NCBI GenBank assembly: GCA_034659115.1
Contig: JAYEGN010000025.1
Location: 1 to 56,067 of the forward strand
Origin: Campylobacterota bacterium
GTDB lineage: Bacteria; Campylobacterota; Campylobacteria; Campylobacterales; Sulfurimonadaceae
Direction: 5' to 3'
DNA: 56,067 bases
Shown piece by piece: positions 12,231 through 21,941 of the stretch. The first letter of the stretch is position 1, and every line of letters begins with the position of its first letter. Below the pieces are notes generated by a model. The model saw nothing but the letters and a program-made list of their open reading frames with translations, was not told the origin of the DNA and did no database searches. A program made the position numbers and the translations under genes.

Positions 12231-12911
12231 ATGAAACTTATTAAACTTAGTTTAGCTACAGCAATGGCTGTAACTTTTGCATATGCAGAAGAAACATCGG
12301 ATCTTGGTTTTAGTGCAAATGTAACAGCAACTAGTAATTATATATGGAGAGGTATGACTCAAACTGCTGATTCTCCTGCTGTTCAGGGTGGATTTGATTT
12401 AGATTATAAAGGTCTTTATCTTGGTGTCTGGGGTTCAAATGTTGAATTTGGAGATGCTAAAGCATCTTTAGAAGCAGATATATATCTAGGTTATGCTGGC
12501 TCAATTAGTAACTTTAGTTATGATATTGGTTTTGTTGAATACATGTATCCAAATCAATCTAATGAGTACAACTTTGGTGAAGCTTACCTTAGTTTAGGGT
12601 ATGATTTTGAGGTAGTGAGTCTGAGTGCTAAATATGCTCTTGGAGTAGATACAGATGATGTAGATAATGAAGCTGATAATTGGGAACCAGAAAATAACTG
12701 GGAAGTTGGTGCATCCGTGCCATTGCCAATGGACATCAGTATAGATGCAACTTATGGTGATTATGATTCATTGGGCGCTTATTACCTAGTAGGTGTTAAT
12801 AAATCATTTGATAAGTTTGACCTTACTTTAGCATATACAGCTAATGATGGTGATGGTATTACCGAAAATGAACAAGATAATGTTGTAGTATCAATTAGTT
12901 CAAGCTTCTAG
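12231..12911 (+). CDS. TorF-family (TIGR02001-like) putative porin
   Basis: Signal peptide; SNYIWRGMTQT...PAVQGGFD; GLYLGVWGSNV; C-terminal Phe. Confidence 0.85.
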   Translation: MKLIKLSLATAMAVTFAYAEETSDLGFSANVTATSNYIWRGMTQTADSPAVQGGFDLDYKGLYLGVWGSNVEFGDAKASLEADIYLGYAGSISNFSYDIGFVEYMYPNQSNEYNFGEAYLSLGYDFEVVSLSAKYALGVDTDDVDNEADNWEPENNWEVGASVPLPMDISIDATYGDYDSLGAYYLVGVNKSFDKFDLTLAYTANDGDGITENEQDNVVVSISSSF

Positions 12912-12948
12912 TAAGTAATAGTTTATATTACTTAAGGCAAACAACTTC

Positions 12949-12987
12949 ACACTATGCTCTTCTTTCCTGTTTTTGAAGAGCTAGTGT
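12949..12987 (+). terminator. Putative terminator hairpin after the TorF-like gene
   Basis: ACACTA-t-GCTCTTC ... GAAGAGC-TAGTGT stem followed by a T-rich tract; a second AT-rich hairpin lies at 12912-12934. Confidence 0.5.
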
Positions 12988-13017
12988 TTCTTTAGACTTT
13001 TTTGATATAATCCACAT

Positions 13018-13977
13018 ATGTTACTTCTAATAAAAAAACTCTCTTATCTGCTTCTTATGTTGATTTTGATCTCAATCATATCTTTTTTGGCTATACATGC
13101 TGCACCAAACAGTTTTTTTTCAGCAGGTGAATTAAATCCAAATATGACCCCAGAAGCTATAGAAAAGTTAAAAGCTGTGTATGGTATGGATAAATCCTTG
13201 TTTATACAGTATATAGATTGGGTAAGAAATATTGTAACCTTGAATTTTGGTATCTCGTTTGTAAGTGGTCAAGATGTAGGCAAAGAGATATTAAAACGCA
13301 TTCCTATAACACTAATTATGAATTTTATAGCTCTTATCTCTGTTTTTATACTTTCCTTATATTTAGGTATAAAAGCAGCGCTGAATTATGAAAAAAAAGT
13401 AGATTATATAATCCGTCAAATCTCTCTTATCTCTTTTTCTATGCCATCTTTTTATCTTGCACTACTTTTTATAATCTTTTTATCATTAAACTTAAATCTA
13501 TTTCCAATTGCAGGACTTCACTCTATAGAGGAAAAGACAGGTTTTTCTTATTATACCGATATGGCATGGCATCTTACTTTACCAGTAGGAGTTATGATAT
13601 TTGTAGGTTTAGGAAGTATGATAATATATATTCGTTCTTTAACTTTGGAAATTTTAAAGAGTGATTATTACTATTTCGCATTATCTAGAGGCTTAAGTAA
13701 AAAGCAACTACTTCGCTTTTATATACTCCCAAATCTATTACCACCAATCATTACACTTTTGGGTTTATCGCTCCCTGGACTAATCGGCGGAAGTGTGATT
13801 TTAGAATCTATTTTTGGCATAGATGGTATGGGACAACTATTTTTTATGTCAGCACTTAGTAGAGACTACCCTATGATAATGGGAACCTTAATGATAACAG
13901 CCTTTTTAACACTTTTAGGGAATATGATTGCGGATTTAATTTTAATGAGATTAAATCCATATATGAAGAGAGAATGA
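13018..13977 (+). CDS. Peptide/nickel ABC transporter permease (DppB/OppB-like)
   Basis: NFGISF, SMPSFYLA, EAA-like ALSRGL, GGSVILESIFGIDGMG, SRDYPMIMG. Confidence 0.9.
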   Translation: MLLLIKKLSYLLLMLILISIISFLAIHAAPNSFFSAGELNPNMTPEAIEKLKAVYGMDKSLFIQYIDWVRNIVTLNFGISFVSGQDVGKEILKRIPITLIMNFIALISVFILSLYLGIKAALNYEKKVDYIIRQISLISFSMPSFYLALLFIIFLSLNLNLFPIAGLHSIEEKTGFSYYTDMAWHLTLPVGVMIFVGLGSMIIYIRSLTLEILKSDYYYFALSRGLSKKQLLRFYILPNLLPPIITLLGLSLPGLIGGSVILESIFGIDGMGQLFFMSALSRDYPMIMGTLMITAFLTLLGNMIADLILMRLNPYMKRE

Positions 13978-14020
13978 TTTTATTAAAATGTTGTTATTTA
14001 GGGAATTTGTTCGGAAGTAA

Positions 14021-14097
14021 TGGTGCGCCCGACAGGAGTCGAACCTGTGACCTTCGGTACCGCAAACCGATGCTCTATCCAGCTGAGCTACGAGCGC
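14021..14097 (-). tRNA. tRNA-Arg, anticodon GCG
   Basis: Reverse complement GCGCTCGTAGCTCAGCTGGATAGAGCATCGGTTTGCGGTACCGAAGGTCACAGGTTCGACTCCTGTCGGGCGCACCA forms a full cloverleaf; anticodon loop TT-GCG-GT; CCA end encoded. Confidence 0.96.
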
Positions 14098-14161
14098 GCA
14101 CTATTATTTTTAAGAGGATGGAATTATATCACTTTTAGCTTATATAATTATAAATATATAG

Positions 14162-14380
14162 TTAAAGTTCTGTTTTTTTTAAAATATCTTTTATCTCTCT
14201 ATCTTGAAGAAAGAGTTTGTGATTTGTTTTTACATATGCATGGAGTAGTTTTTTTAAATCGTTGTTACCATCTATGTTGAAATCCTCAAACATCTGCATC
14301 TTTAAGAATTTTTCAAATTCATCATCAACATCAACATTATAGCGACGACCACCTATCTGTAAGGCTATTTTTTTACTCAT
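14162..14380 (-). CDS. ZapA-like small protein
   Basis: 72 aa; IALQIGGRRYNV N-terminus resembles ZapA; coiled-coil end; follows a ZapB-like gene. Confidence 0.55.
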   Translation of the reverse strand: MSKKIALQIGGRRYNVDVDDEFEKFLKMQMFEDFNIDGNNDLKKLLHAYVKTNHKLFLQDREIKDILKKTEL

Positions 14381-14383
14381 ATT

Positions 14384-14611
14384 TTAGCCTAGCATATTTT
14401 CTATTTTTTCAACTATATCTTCTATCTCCAAATCTTTCATAACATTTTCTTCTCTTAGTTTTTCTATCTCAGAATCTTTTATTTGATTTTCAGATTTCAG
14501 TGTTACTAACTCTGTGCGAAGTTCTTTGTTTTCCTCTTTAAAAGTGTTATAGTCTTGGATTATTTGCATAACTTTGCTATTTAATTTTTCTAAATTTGTT
14601 GGATTATCCAT
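14384..14611 (-). CDS. ZapB-like coiled-coil protein
   Basis: 75 aa, heptad-rich (LEKLNSKV...KEENKELRTEL). Confidence 0.55.
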   Translation of the reverse strand: MDNPTNLEKLNSKVMQIIQDYNTFKEENKELRTELVTLKSENQIKDSEIEKLREENVMKDLEIEDIVEKIENMLG

Positions 14612-14701
14612 CTTGAGATCCTGTTTGTAATATGCTTATAATTTTAGCACAAAAGTAATAATCTTTGCTTTAGTTTTTTGATGTTTTTTATATAGATTAA
14701 A

Positions 14702-14755
14702 AACTCGACTCCCAGTTATTGCAATAAGTTAAGAATTACTGGGGGTTTTAGAGTT
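14702..14755 (-). terminator. Putative terminator hairpin downstream of dnaK
   Basis: AACTC..ACTCCCAGT / ACTGGGGGT..GAGTT imperfect stem, with a T-run following on the minus strand. Confidence 0.5.
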
Positions 14756-14770
14756 ACTTTGATAGAGTGA

Positions 14771-16657
14771 TTACTCTATCTCAGCGTCGATAACATCTTC
14801 GTCATCTTTTTTCTTTTTCTCATCAGCTTGTGCGGCTTCTGGATTTTCATCTTTTTTGTACATCTGCTCTGCCATTTTATGACTAGCTTCTGTTAGAACT
14901 TTTACTTTCTCTTCAATCTGCTCTTTTGTTGCAGATTCATCTTTTAACACCTCTTTTAACTCATCTACTGCTGTTTGGATATTGGCTTTTTCTGTTTCAT
15001 CTATTTTGTCACCAATATCTGTTAAAGATTTTTCAGTCTGTGCTATAAGAGCATCTGATTGGTTTCTTAAATCGACCATACCTTTTCTTTCTTCATCTGC
15101 AGATTTGTTTTCTTCTGCATCTTGAACCATTTTGCTAATCTCTTCTTCGCTTAATCCTGAGCTTCCAGAGATTGTGATTGACTGAGATTTACCTGTACCT
15201 TTATCTGTAGAAGAAACTGTTAAGATACCATTCGCATCGATATCAAAAGTAACTTCAATTTGTGGAACACCTCTTGGAGCTGCTGGGATATCACCTAGTT
15301 CAAATAGACCTAGAGATTTGTTGTCTTTTGCGAACTCTCTTTCACCTTGACCAACCGAAATAGAAACAGCAGGTTGATTGTCTTCAGCAGTTGAGAAAAT
15401 CTGAGATTTTTTAACAGGTATTGTTGTGCCTTTTTCAATAATCTTAGTCATAACTCCACCAAGAGTTTCAATTCCAAGTGACAATGGAGTAACATCTAAA
15501 AGAAGAACATCTTTAACATCTCCTCTTAATACACCACCTTGAATAGCAGCACCAGCAGCAACAACTTCATCAGGGTTTACACCCTTATTGAGATCTTTTC
15601 CACCAAAGTATTTACTTACCGCTTCTTGAACTGAAGGAACACGAGTTGAGCCACCAACCATGATGATCTCTTTAATCTCATTGTTATCTAGGTCAGATTC
15701 TTTCATCGCAGTTGCTATATGATCTGTTGTTTCTTCTACAAGCTCGCTAATCATACCCTCAAACTTAGCACGAGTAAGCTTGATAACAAGGTGCTGTGGA
15801 CCAGCTTCTGTCATAGTGATAAAAGGTAGGTTGATTTCAGTCTCTTGTGCTGAACTTAACTCTTTTTTAGCACTTTCTGCTGCATCTTTTAGACGCTGTA
15901 GAGCCATTTTGTCATTTTTAAGGTCAATTCCATGAGATGATTTAAAATCAGCAGCTAACATGTCAACGATTTTATTGTCAAAATCATCTCCACCTAAAAA
16001 TGCATTACCATCAGTTGAAAGAACTTCAAATGTACCATCAGAGATCTCTAGAACAGTTACATCAAATGTACCACCACCAAGGTCATAAACAAGTACATTC
16101 TCTTCAGATTTACTCTCTAAACCGTAAGCTAGTGCAGATGCTGTTGGCTCATTGATAATTCTTAAAACATTTAAACCTGCAATAGTTCCAGCATCTTTAG
16201 TTGCTTTTCTTTGGCTATCATTAAAGTAAGCTGGAACAGTAATAACTGCATCTGTTACTGTGCCACCTAAGTAAGCTTCAGCATCTTCTTTAAGTTTAGC
16301 AAGAATTTTTGCACTTATCTCTTGTGGAGTATATACTTTTCCAGCTACATCAACACAAGCTGAACCATCTTTTTCTACGATATTGTATGTAACTTTGTCA
16401 TGTGCTTCTTTAGCATTTTCTTCATCCATCATAAGACCCATAATTCTTTTGATTGAAGAGATTGTTTTTTCAGGATTTGTGATCGCTTGACGCTTTGCTG
16501 GATCTCCAACCAATACATCACCTTTATCCGTAAATGCTACAACTGATGGAGTAGTGTTTTTACCCTCCGCATTTGGGATGATTTTCGCTTCACCACCCTC
16601 ATAAACTGCTACACATGAATTTGTTGTTCCTAAATCTATTCCAATAACTTTTGACAT
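14771..16657 (-). CDS. dnaK: Chaperone DnaK
   Basis: [29 protein letters not shown]. Confidence 0.99.
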   Translation of the reverse strand: MSKVIGIDLGTTNSCVAVYEGGEAKIIPNAEGKNTTPSVVAFTDKGDVLVGDPAKRQAITNPEKTISSIKRIMGLMMDEENAKEAHDKVTYNIVEKDGSACVDVAGKVYTPQEISAKILAKLKEDAEAYLGGTVTDAVITVPAYFNDSQRKATKDAGTIAGLNVLRIINEPTASALAYGLESKSEENVLVYDLGGGTFDVTVLEISDGTFEVLSTDGNAFLGGDDFDNKIVDMLAADFKSSHGIDLKNDKMALQRLKDAAESAKKELSSAQETEINLPFITMTEAGPQHLVIKLTRAKFEGMISELVEETTDHIATAMKESDLDNNEIKEIIMVGGSTRVPSVQEAVSKYFGGKDLNKGVNPDEVVAAGAAIQGGVLRGDVKDVLLLDVTPLSLGIETLGGVMTKIIEKGTTIPVKKSQIFSTAEDNQPAVSISVGQGEREFAKDNKSLGLFELGDIPAAPRGVPQIEVTFDIDANGILTVSSTDKGTGKSQSITISGSSGLSEEEISKMVQDAEENKSADEERKGMVDLRNQSDALIAQTEKSLTDIGDKIDETEKANIQTAVDELKEVLKDESATKEQIEEKVKVLTEASHKMAEQMYKKDENPEAAQADEKKKKDDEDVIDAEIE

Positions 16658-16688
16658 ATAACTTCCTTTATTTATTTAATTTATTTTT

Positions 16689-16762
16689 CTCGTTCCATCT
16701 CTCCCGAGATGGAATGTATTTCAATTGCCATATTGGTTCCACCTCAGGAGAGGTGGAACTAG
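16689..16762. repeat. REP-like inverted doublet, copy 1
   Basis: CTCGTTCCATCTC-TCCC-GAGATGGAATG, a spacer, then inverted unit GGTTCCACCTC-AGGA-GAGGTGGAACTAG; related copy at 55504-55583. Confidence 0.8.
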
Positions 16763-16776
16763 ACATCTCTTTATTC

Positions 16777-17334
16777 CTATTTTGCTACTATAACCATAGC
16801 TTCACGCAGTGGTCTGTTTTTATATTTATATCCAGTTTGGAATGTTTGAACTATCTGTCCAGACTCTACTTCTTCACTATCTACTGCTTGAACAGCGTTG
16901 TGAATATTTGGATCAAAAGGCTCATCTTCACTTACAGCAGTTACACCATGTTTTTCTAGTGATGTAGTAAACTGTTTATGAGTAAGCTCAATACCCTCTT
17001 TTAACTTTTCTAAAAGCTCTGCTGGTTGGGCTTGTGCTTCTGTTGATTTCATCGCCATATTAAGAGCATCCATTACTGGGACCATATCTTTAGCAAACTT
17101 CTCATTTGAGTATTCTACTGCTGTATATTTTTCTTTTTCAAGTCTTTTTTTAATATTATCAAAATCTGCATGTACTCTTGCATATTTATCTTTTAGGTTT
17201 ACTAACTCTTCTTGAAGAAGATCAAACTCGTTTTCTACCGCTTCTGCTTCAGCTTGTGCATCATCTGTATCTACAGTTTCATCTTCATTTACTAAAGTTT
17301 CTTCCTGCAGTTCTTCGTTAGATTCTTTGGACAT
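16777..17334 (-). CDS. grpE: Nucleotide exchange factor GrpE
   Basis: ADFDNIKKR, FDPNIHNAV, GYKYKNRPLREAMV. Confidence 0.97.
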   Translation of the reverse strand: MSKESNEELQEETLVNEDETVDTDDAQAEAEAVENEFDLLQEELVNLKDKYARVHADFDNIKKRLEKEKYTAVEYSNEKFAKDMVPVMDALNMAMKSTEAQAQPAELLEKLKEGIELTHKQFTTSLEKHGVTAVSEDEPFDPNIHNAVQAVDSEEVESGQIVQTFQTGYKYKNRPLREAMVIVAK

Positions 17335-17372
17335 AGTTATTAAATCACTCCTTTTTTTAAAATGATGGTAAA

Positions 17373-17401
17373 ATTATACACTATGAGTGTAACAATGTCA
17401 A
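17373..17401 (-). promoter_or_regulatory. Sigma70-type promoter of grpE-dnaK
   Basis: Minus strand: TTGACA (17401-17396), 17-bp spacer, TATAAT (17378-17373); perfect consensus. Confidence 0.85.
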
Positions 17402-17451
17402 ATGTATCTTTAGTTATGTAAGTTAGTTAAGTTGAGTCTATTACTATCAAG
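17382..17451. promoter_or_regulatory. Putative HspR (HAIR-like) operator sites
   Basis: gTTGAGT-N7-taTCAAG (17431-17451), taTGAGT-N7-tgTCAAa (17382-17402) and half-site CTTTAGT (17408), compared with HAIR CTTGAGT-N7-ACTCAAG. Confidence 0.6.
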
Positions 17452-17516
17452 TATATGAAATGCCTATTTTAAGGCAATATTGAGTATTATTACAAGATTA
17501 AGAAAGTGGAGTTATT

Positions 17517-20045
17517 ATGAAGTTTATATTATGGTTTGGTTCAATTATGATGGTGTTGTTTATTTCTGTTTACTTTTTAGCTTTTACGCCGATAGGAAAC
17601 TCTTTATTTAAACCTATGATTGAGCAAAAGATAAAAGTAGAGACAAAATTAGATAGCCGCCTCACTAGTTTTTCTCTTGGTATGAGTGATTTTAGTATAG
17701 TTTTAGAACTAGATAGAGATAATAGTATATACCTAAATGGAACCTATTCGCTCTTCTCTCAGGTATTTAATATTTTATATAGAGTTGAGATGAATAGATT
17801 AGAGAACCTGAATTCTCTAACTAATGCACCTATTCAGGGAGTGTTTCATACTCAGGGAGATATTAAAGGTGATATGGCTTTTATGGAGGTCAATGGTGTA
17901 AGTGATGTTGCAAAGGGTAAAACTACATACCATATAGAGCTAAAAGATCTTAATCCAACATCTATAATAGCAAAAGTTGATAAAGCTGATCTCGCTTCAC
18001 TCCTGTATCTTGTCAAGCAGAGTAACTATGCGAGTGCAGAGGTAAATCTTGATATAGATTTTAAAAATATAATTCCACATGCATTAGATGGCAGCATCCT
18101 GCTTAAAACTAAAAATGGCAAGGTCAATACAAAACTAATGAAAGAAGATTTTAATATCACTCTGCCACAAACTGCTTTTAGTATGGATCTTCAAGCAAAA
18201 CTTCAAGGAGATGATATTGATTATGCCTACATGTTACACTCAAATCTTGCAAAAATATCATCAAAGGGTAGGGTTACTCCCCAGCCACTCCAAGCAGATA
18301 TAGAGTATGGCGTAGATATAAAAGAGTTGGCGATGTTACGACCTATAACCGATGCACCTCTTCGTGGAGCTTTTAAAACGGCTGGAACTATAAAAGGTTC
18401 AAAGAAAAGTATGCTTGTAGATGGAAAATCAAACATAGGTGGAAGTAAAACTACCTACAAAGTTGATCTCAAGGAGTTTAAGCCTCAAAGTATCATAGCG
18501 ACTATAAAAGGAGCTAAGGTTGAGAAACTCCTCTACATGTTAGGAGAGCCAAATTTTGCATCATCAAACTTAAATGCTGATATAAAACTGACATCTCTTG
18601 ACCCTGAAAATTTAGCAGGTTATATGGATATAAAGTTGAGCAAAGGTTTAGTGAACTCTAAGATTATGAAAAAGATTTATGATGTAACTATCCCCAAAAC
18701 CACTTTCAACTCTACTACACATGTGAAGCTAAAGGCTAAGGATGTTGATTATGAAATAGCTTTTAATTCTAACCTTGCAAAGTTAAATTCTGCTGGTCAT
18801 ATTGTGCCAGAGAGTATGGCAATGGATTTGAAATATGATCTCAATGTGAAAGAGCTAGCAGTTTTAAAGCCTATAACTGGTGCAGATATTCGTGGTGCAT
18901 TTAGATTAGATGGCAGAATAAAGGGCGACAAATCAAAACTTATAGTTGATGGTAGAAGTGATTTTGCATCCTCTGATACTCAATTTGATATGCTCCTCAA
19001 AGATTTTGAACTAGCTAGCCTAAAAGCTAAGATACAAAACCTTCACTTAGCAAAAGTTTTATACATGCTAAAACAACCTCACTATAGTGATGGTCTGTTT
19101 TCTTTAGATGCAGATATAACAGATGCAAGAGGTTCTAAACTAAAAGGAAAGATTAGCTCAAATATTAAAAATGGCTTATTGGATTCAAACTATATGACGA
19201 AAACCTATGAGTTTAAAACGAAGATGCCACAAACAAAATTTAGAATGAATACCTATACAACTCTTGATGGAGATATAGCAGATACTAAAGTAGAGTTAGA
19301 TTCTACTCTTGCAAACTTCAAGATAAAAAGAGCAAGATTCAACATTGTAGATAGCTCATTAAAAAGTGATTACAAGATAGATATACCTAGTTTAGATAAG
19401 TTGTTTTTCGCAACAGACAGACACATTCGAGGTGGTATAGTTATGGATGGGGAACTTGATAAGGACAAAGATTTAGATCTAACGATGCACACCGATGTAG
19501 CAGGAGGCAAGATAGATGCAAATCTGCATAATGATGATCTGCATGCCGATATCATATCGATTCAAACATTGGATGCTCTTAACATGTTGATATACCCTGA
19601 GATAATCAGGTCAAACTTAGATGGAACGCTAGATTATAATTTACTAAAAGAAAAGGGAGTCTTCAGAGCAAAACTAAGAGATGGAAAATTTTCTAAAAAT
19701 CAGATATTTGGACTACTTAAAAAGTATAGCAAGATAGATCTCTATAAAGAAACATTTCAAGGTAATATAGATGCAAAAATTCACAAAGAAAAGATAGTAA
19801 CTGCACTCGACTTAACATCAAGAACCTCATCTATAACTACTAAAAATACAAAGTTAAACTCAAAGACTAAAATGATAGATTCTACTATCAGGGTAGTAGC
19901 AAACAAACATCCTGTAACTGTAAGACTCAGAGGAGATGTAAGTTCACCAAAGGTTGATGTTGATTTGCAAAAGCTTATAGAGTCAAAAACTGGTGATGCT
20001 ATTAAGAAGAAAGCCTCTAAGCTCTTAGATAAACTATTTAAATAG
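17517..20045 (+). CDS. Membrane-anchored beta-rich protein with 176-aa tandem repeats (AsmA-like)
   Basis: N-terminal TM helix then TPIGN; alternating hydrophobic beta pattern; C-terminal VRLRGDVSSPKVDVD resembles AsmA C-termini. Confidence 0.65.
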   Translation: MKFILWFGSIMMVLFISVYFLAFTPIGNSLFKPMIEQKIKVETKLDSRLTSFSLGMSDFSIVLELDRDNSIYLNGTYSLFSQVFNILYRVEMNRLENLNSLTNAPIQGVFHTQGDIKGDMAFMEVNGVSDVAKGKTTYHIELKDLNPTSIIAKVDKADLASLLYLVKQSNYASAEVNLDIDFKNIIPHALDGSILLKTKNGKVNTKLMKEDFNITLPQTAFSMDLQAKLQGDDIDYAYMLHSNLAKISSKGRVTPQPLQADIEYGVDIKELAMLRPITDAPLRGAFKTAGTIKGSKKSMLVDGKSNIGGSKTTYKVDLKEFKPQSIIATIKGAKVEKLLYMLGEPNFASSNLNADIKLTSLDPENLAGYMDIKLSKGLVNSKIMKKIYDVTIPKTTFNSTTHVKLKAKDVDYEIAFNSNLAKLNSAGHIVPESMAMDLKYDLNVKELAVLKPITGADIRGAFRLDGRIKGDKSKLIVDGRSDFASSDTQFDMLLKDFELASLKAKIQNLHLAKVLYMLKQPHYSDGLFSLDADITDARGSKLKGKISSNIKNGLLDSNYMTKTYEFKTKMPQTKFRMNTYTTLDGDIADTKVELDSTLANFKIKRARFNIVDSSLKSDYKIDIPSLDKLFFATDRHIRGGIVMDGELDKDKDLDLTMHTDVAGGKIDANLHNDDLHADIISIQTLDALNMLIYPEIIRSNLDGTLDYNLLKEKGVFRAKLRDGKFSKNQIFGLLKKYSKIDLYKETFQGNIDAKIHKEKIVTALDLTSRTSSITTKNTKLNSKTKMIDSTIRVVANKHPVTVRLRGDVSSPKVDVDLQKLIESKTGDAIKKKASKLLDKLFK

Positions 20046-21941
20046 TTCTTTTAGAGAAGGTATCTCAGCTAAAGGTTCTGAGATATAATAACCCTGCATG
20101 TAGTCTACATCTAGATTGAGAAGTTTGTTATAAACCTCTTTTGAGTGGACAAATTCAGCTATTGTCTTTAAATTTGCCTCTTTGGCAAAATGCACGATAC
20201 TATTTACTACTTTAAAATCTTTGTCATTTGTATCTATGTTTTTAATCAAAGAACCATCAATTTTCAAGTAGTTTGTATCAATATCTAAGATAGATCTAAA
20301 GTTGGAGTATCCACTACCAAAATCATCAATAGAAATTTTTGCTCCAAATGAGTGGAGTAGATCGATTTTTTGTTTGAAGAGTTCCATATCTTTAATCTCA
20401 TCACTTTCTAATATTTCAAAGGTTACTCGCGATGCCAAATCTTTATGTTCTTGAAATGTTTGCACTATTGTCGATTCTATATCTTGGTTTATAAGGTCTG
20501 AAAAGTTTATATTTATGCTCACATGTAGACTACTGTTTTTAAACTTATTAAAAATAACACAGAGGATTCTTTGTGTAAGTTTATAATGTATGTTTGTATG
20601 CTTAAGCAGTGGTAAGAAGTAGTTAGGAGAGATTATATCGCCTTTTTTATCTATAATCCTTACTAAGGCTTCATATTTAAAAATTTTCTTTTCTTTGTGA
20701 TTATAGATGGGTTGATAAAAACATGTAACACGATCCTCCTCAATCGCCTCTTTGACAAACTCTATATCTTTTAGTTTTGAATCAGACATATCTTGTGCTT
20801 TTTCATTGTAGCTTACAACTCTATTTCTTCCTCCATTTTTTGCAATATAGAGCATCTTGTCTGCTATCTTGATAGCTTCTTGGAGGTTCTTTTCTAAGTG
20901 TGGATTTTCATGCAAACCTATAGATATCTGCATCTTAATATCGTGTTTATCATAGTGGTACATGTGGGTATCTATATTTTCTCGTATTCTATCGCATGTG
21001 TGTTGTGCCGACTCATCTAAGTTTCTTTTATATATAAAAAGTAAAAATTCCTCTCCTCCATATCTTATAATAATATCACTTTCTCTGATTGAATCTTTGA
21101 TTATTTTACTACTTGTGTGAAGTACATAATCACCAGTCTTGTGTCCATAAGTGTCGTTAATTATTTTAAATCTGTCCAAATCAAGCATAGCAATAGAGTA
21201 GTGATGTAGCTTAAGCATAGGTGCTATCTCTTGAAGGTAGTTTCTATTGTATAGCTGTGTTAGTGGGTCTGTAAAGATTTTTTTTCTTGTCATGAAGTAG
21301 TGAAAAACTTGTACAATTGTCATAACAATAAGTAAAAATACAAATATAATCAAAATTATAAAAAATGTTTCCAGAGGTTTTATGAGGGTTAAAACAGTTT
21401 TTTTGATTTTTGTTGTTATATCAACACTTAGTACTGCTATGACTTCATTTTCAATTTTTATAGGGTATAGGTATGTTAAAAAAAGATTTTCCATCTTTTC
21501 TTGTCTGATGACCTGAGGCTCTTTTGTTTTATAAAGGTCTTGATATTTTTCATTTTGAACATCAAATTTTTGATAAAAATTAGCCTTATCTATTTTGGAG
21601 GCATCTAGTAAAAATCTAAATCTATCTCTTTTATCTTTTACAAGAAGGTATATATATTTCACGCTGGGCGTTATCATGATAGATATAGTTTTTTCATACT
21701 TATCTCTAGTTTTTTCATCGGACAATAGCAAGATCAATGATTGGGTGTCTTTTATACTGTTATCTAAAATGATTTCATCTTCTATGTTTTTAAATATATA
21801 TGAAAGTTGTTTAATATTATTTGCTTCTATTCTAGAAAATATCTCTTGTTGAGCCTCTTTTATATAAGCATAAAGATATACAAAAAATATGCCAAGAAGC
21901 ACTAAGGAAACAAATAAAAAAAACTCTCTAAGTTTTACCAT
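20034..21941 (-). CDS. Membrane diguanylate cyclase/phosphodiesterase (periplasmic sensor, GGDEF, EAL)
   Basis: Two TM segments; DPLTQLYNR; RESD I-site; GGEEF; YEALVR; DDFGSGYS. Confidence 0.93.
   Translation of the reverse strand: MVKLREFFLFVSLVLLGIFFVYLYAYIKEAQQEIFSRIEANNIKQLSYIFKNIEDEIILDNSIKDTQSLILLLSDEKTRDKYEKTISIMITPSVKYIYLLVKDKRDRFRFLLDASKIDKANFYQKFDVQNEKYQDLYKTKEPQVIRQEKMENLFLTYLYPIKIENEVIAVLSVDITTKIKKTVLTLIKPLETFFIILIIFVFLLIVMTIVQVFHYFMTRKKIFTDPLTQLYNRNYLQEIAPMLKLHHYSIAMLDLDRFKIINDTYGHKTGDYVLHTSSKIIKDSIRESDIIIRYGGEEFLLFIYKRNLDESAQHTCDRIRENIDTHMYHYDKHDIKMQISIGLHENPHLEKNLQEAIKIADKMLYIAKNGGRNRVVSYNEKAQDMSDSKLKDIEFVKEAIEEDRVTCFYQPIYNHKEKKIFKYEALVRIIDKKGDIISPNYFLPLLKHTNIHYKLTQRILCVIFNKFKNSSLHVSININFSDLINQDIESTIVQTFQEHKDLASRVTFEILESDEIKDMELFKQKIDLLHSFGAKISIDDFGSGYSNFRSILDIDTNYLKIDGSLIKNIDTNDKDFKVVNSIVHFAKEANLKTIAEFVHSKEVYNKLLNLDVDYMQGYYISEPLAEIPSLKELFK

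Noticed and set aside
13978-14161. tRNA-Arg as an integration site for an island
   Set aside because: No integrase and no duplicated tRNA 3' end seen in the window.
14020-14280. 86-aa plus-strand ORF
   Set aside because: It is the antisense reading of tRNA-Arg and overlaps the ZapA-like gene.
16651-16959. 102-aa plus-strand ORF across the REP doublet
   Set aside because: Antisense to grpE, no recognisable motif; not a transposase.
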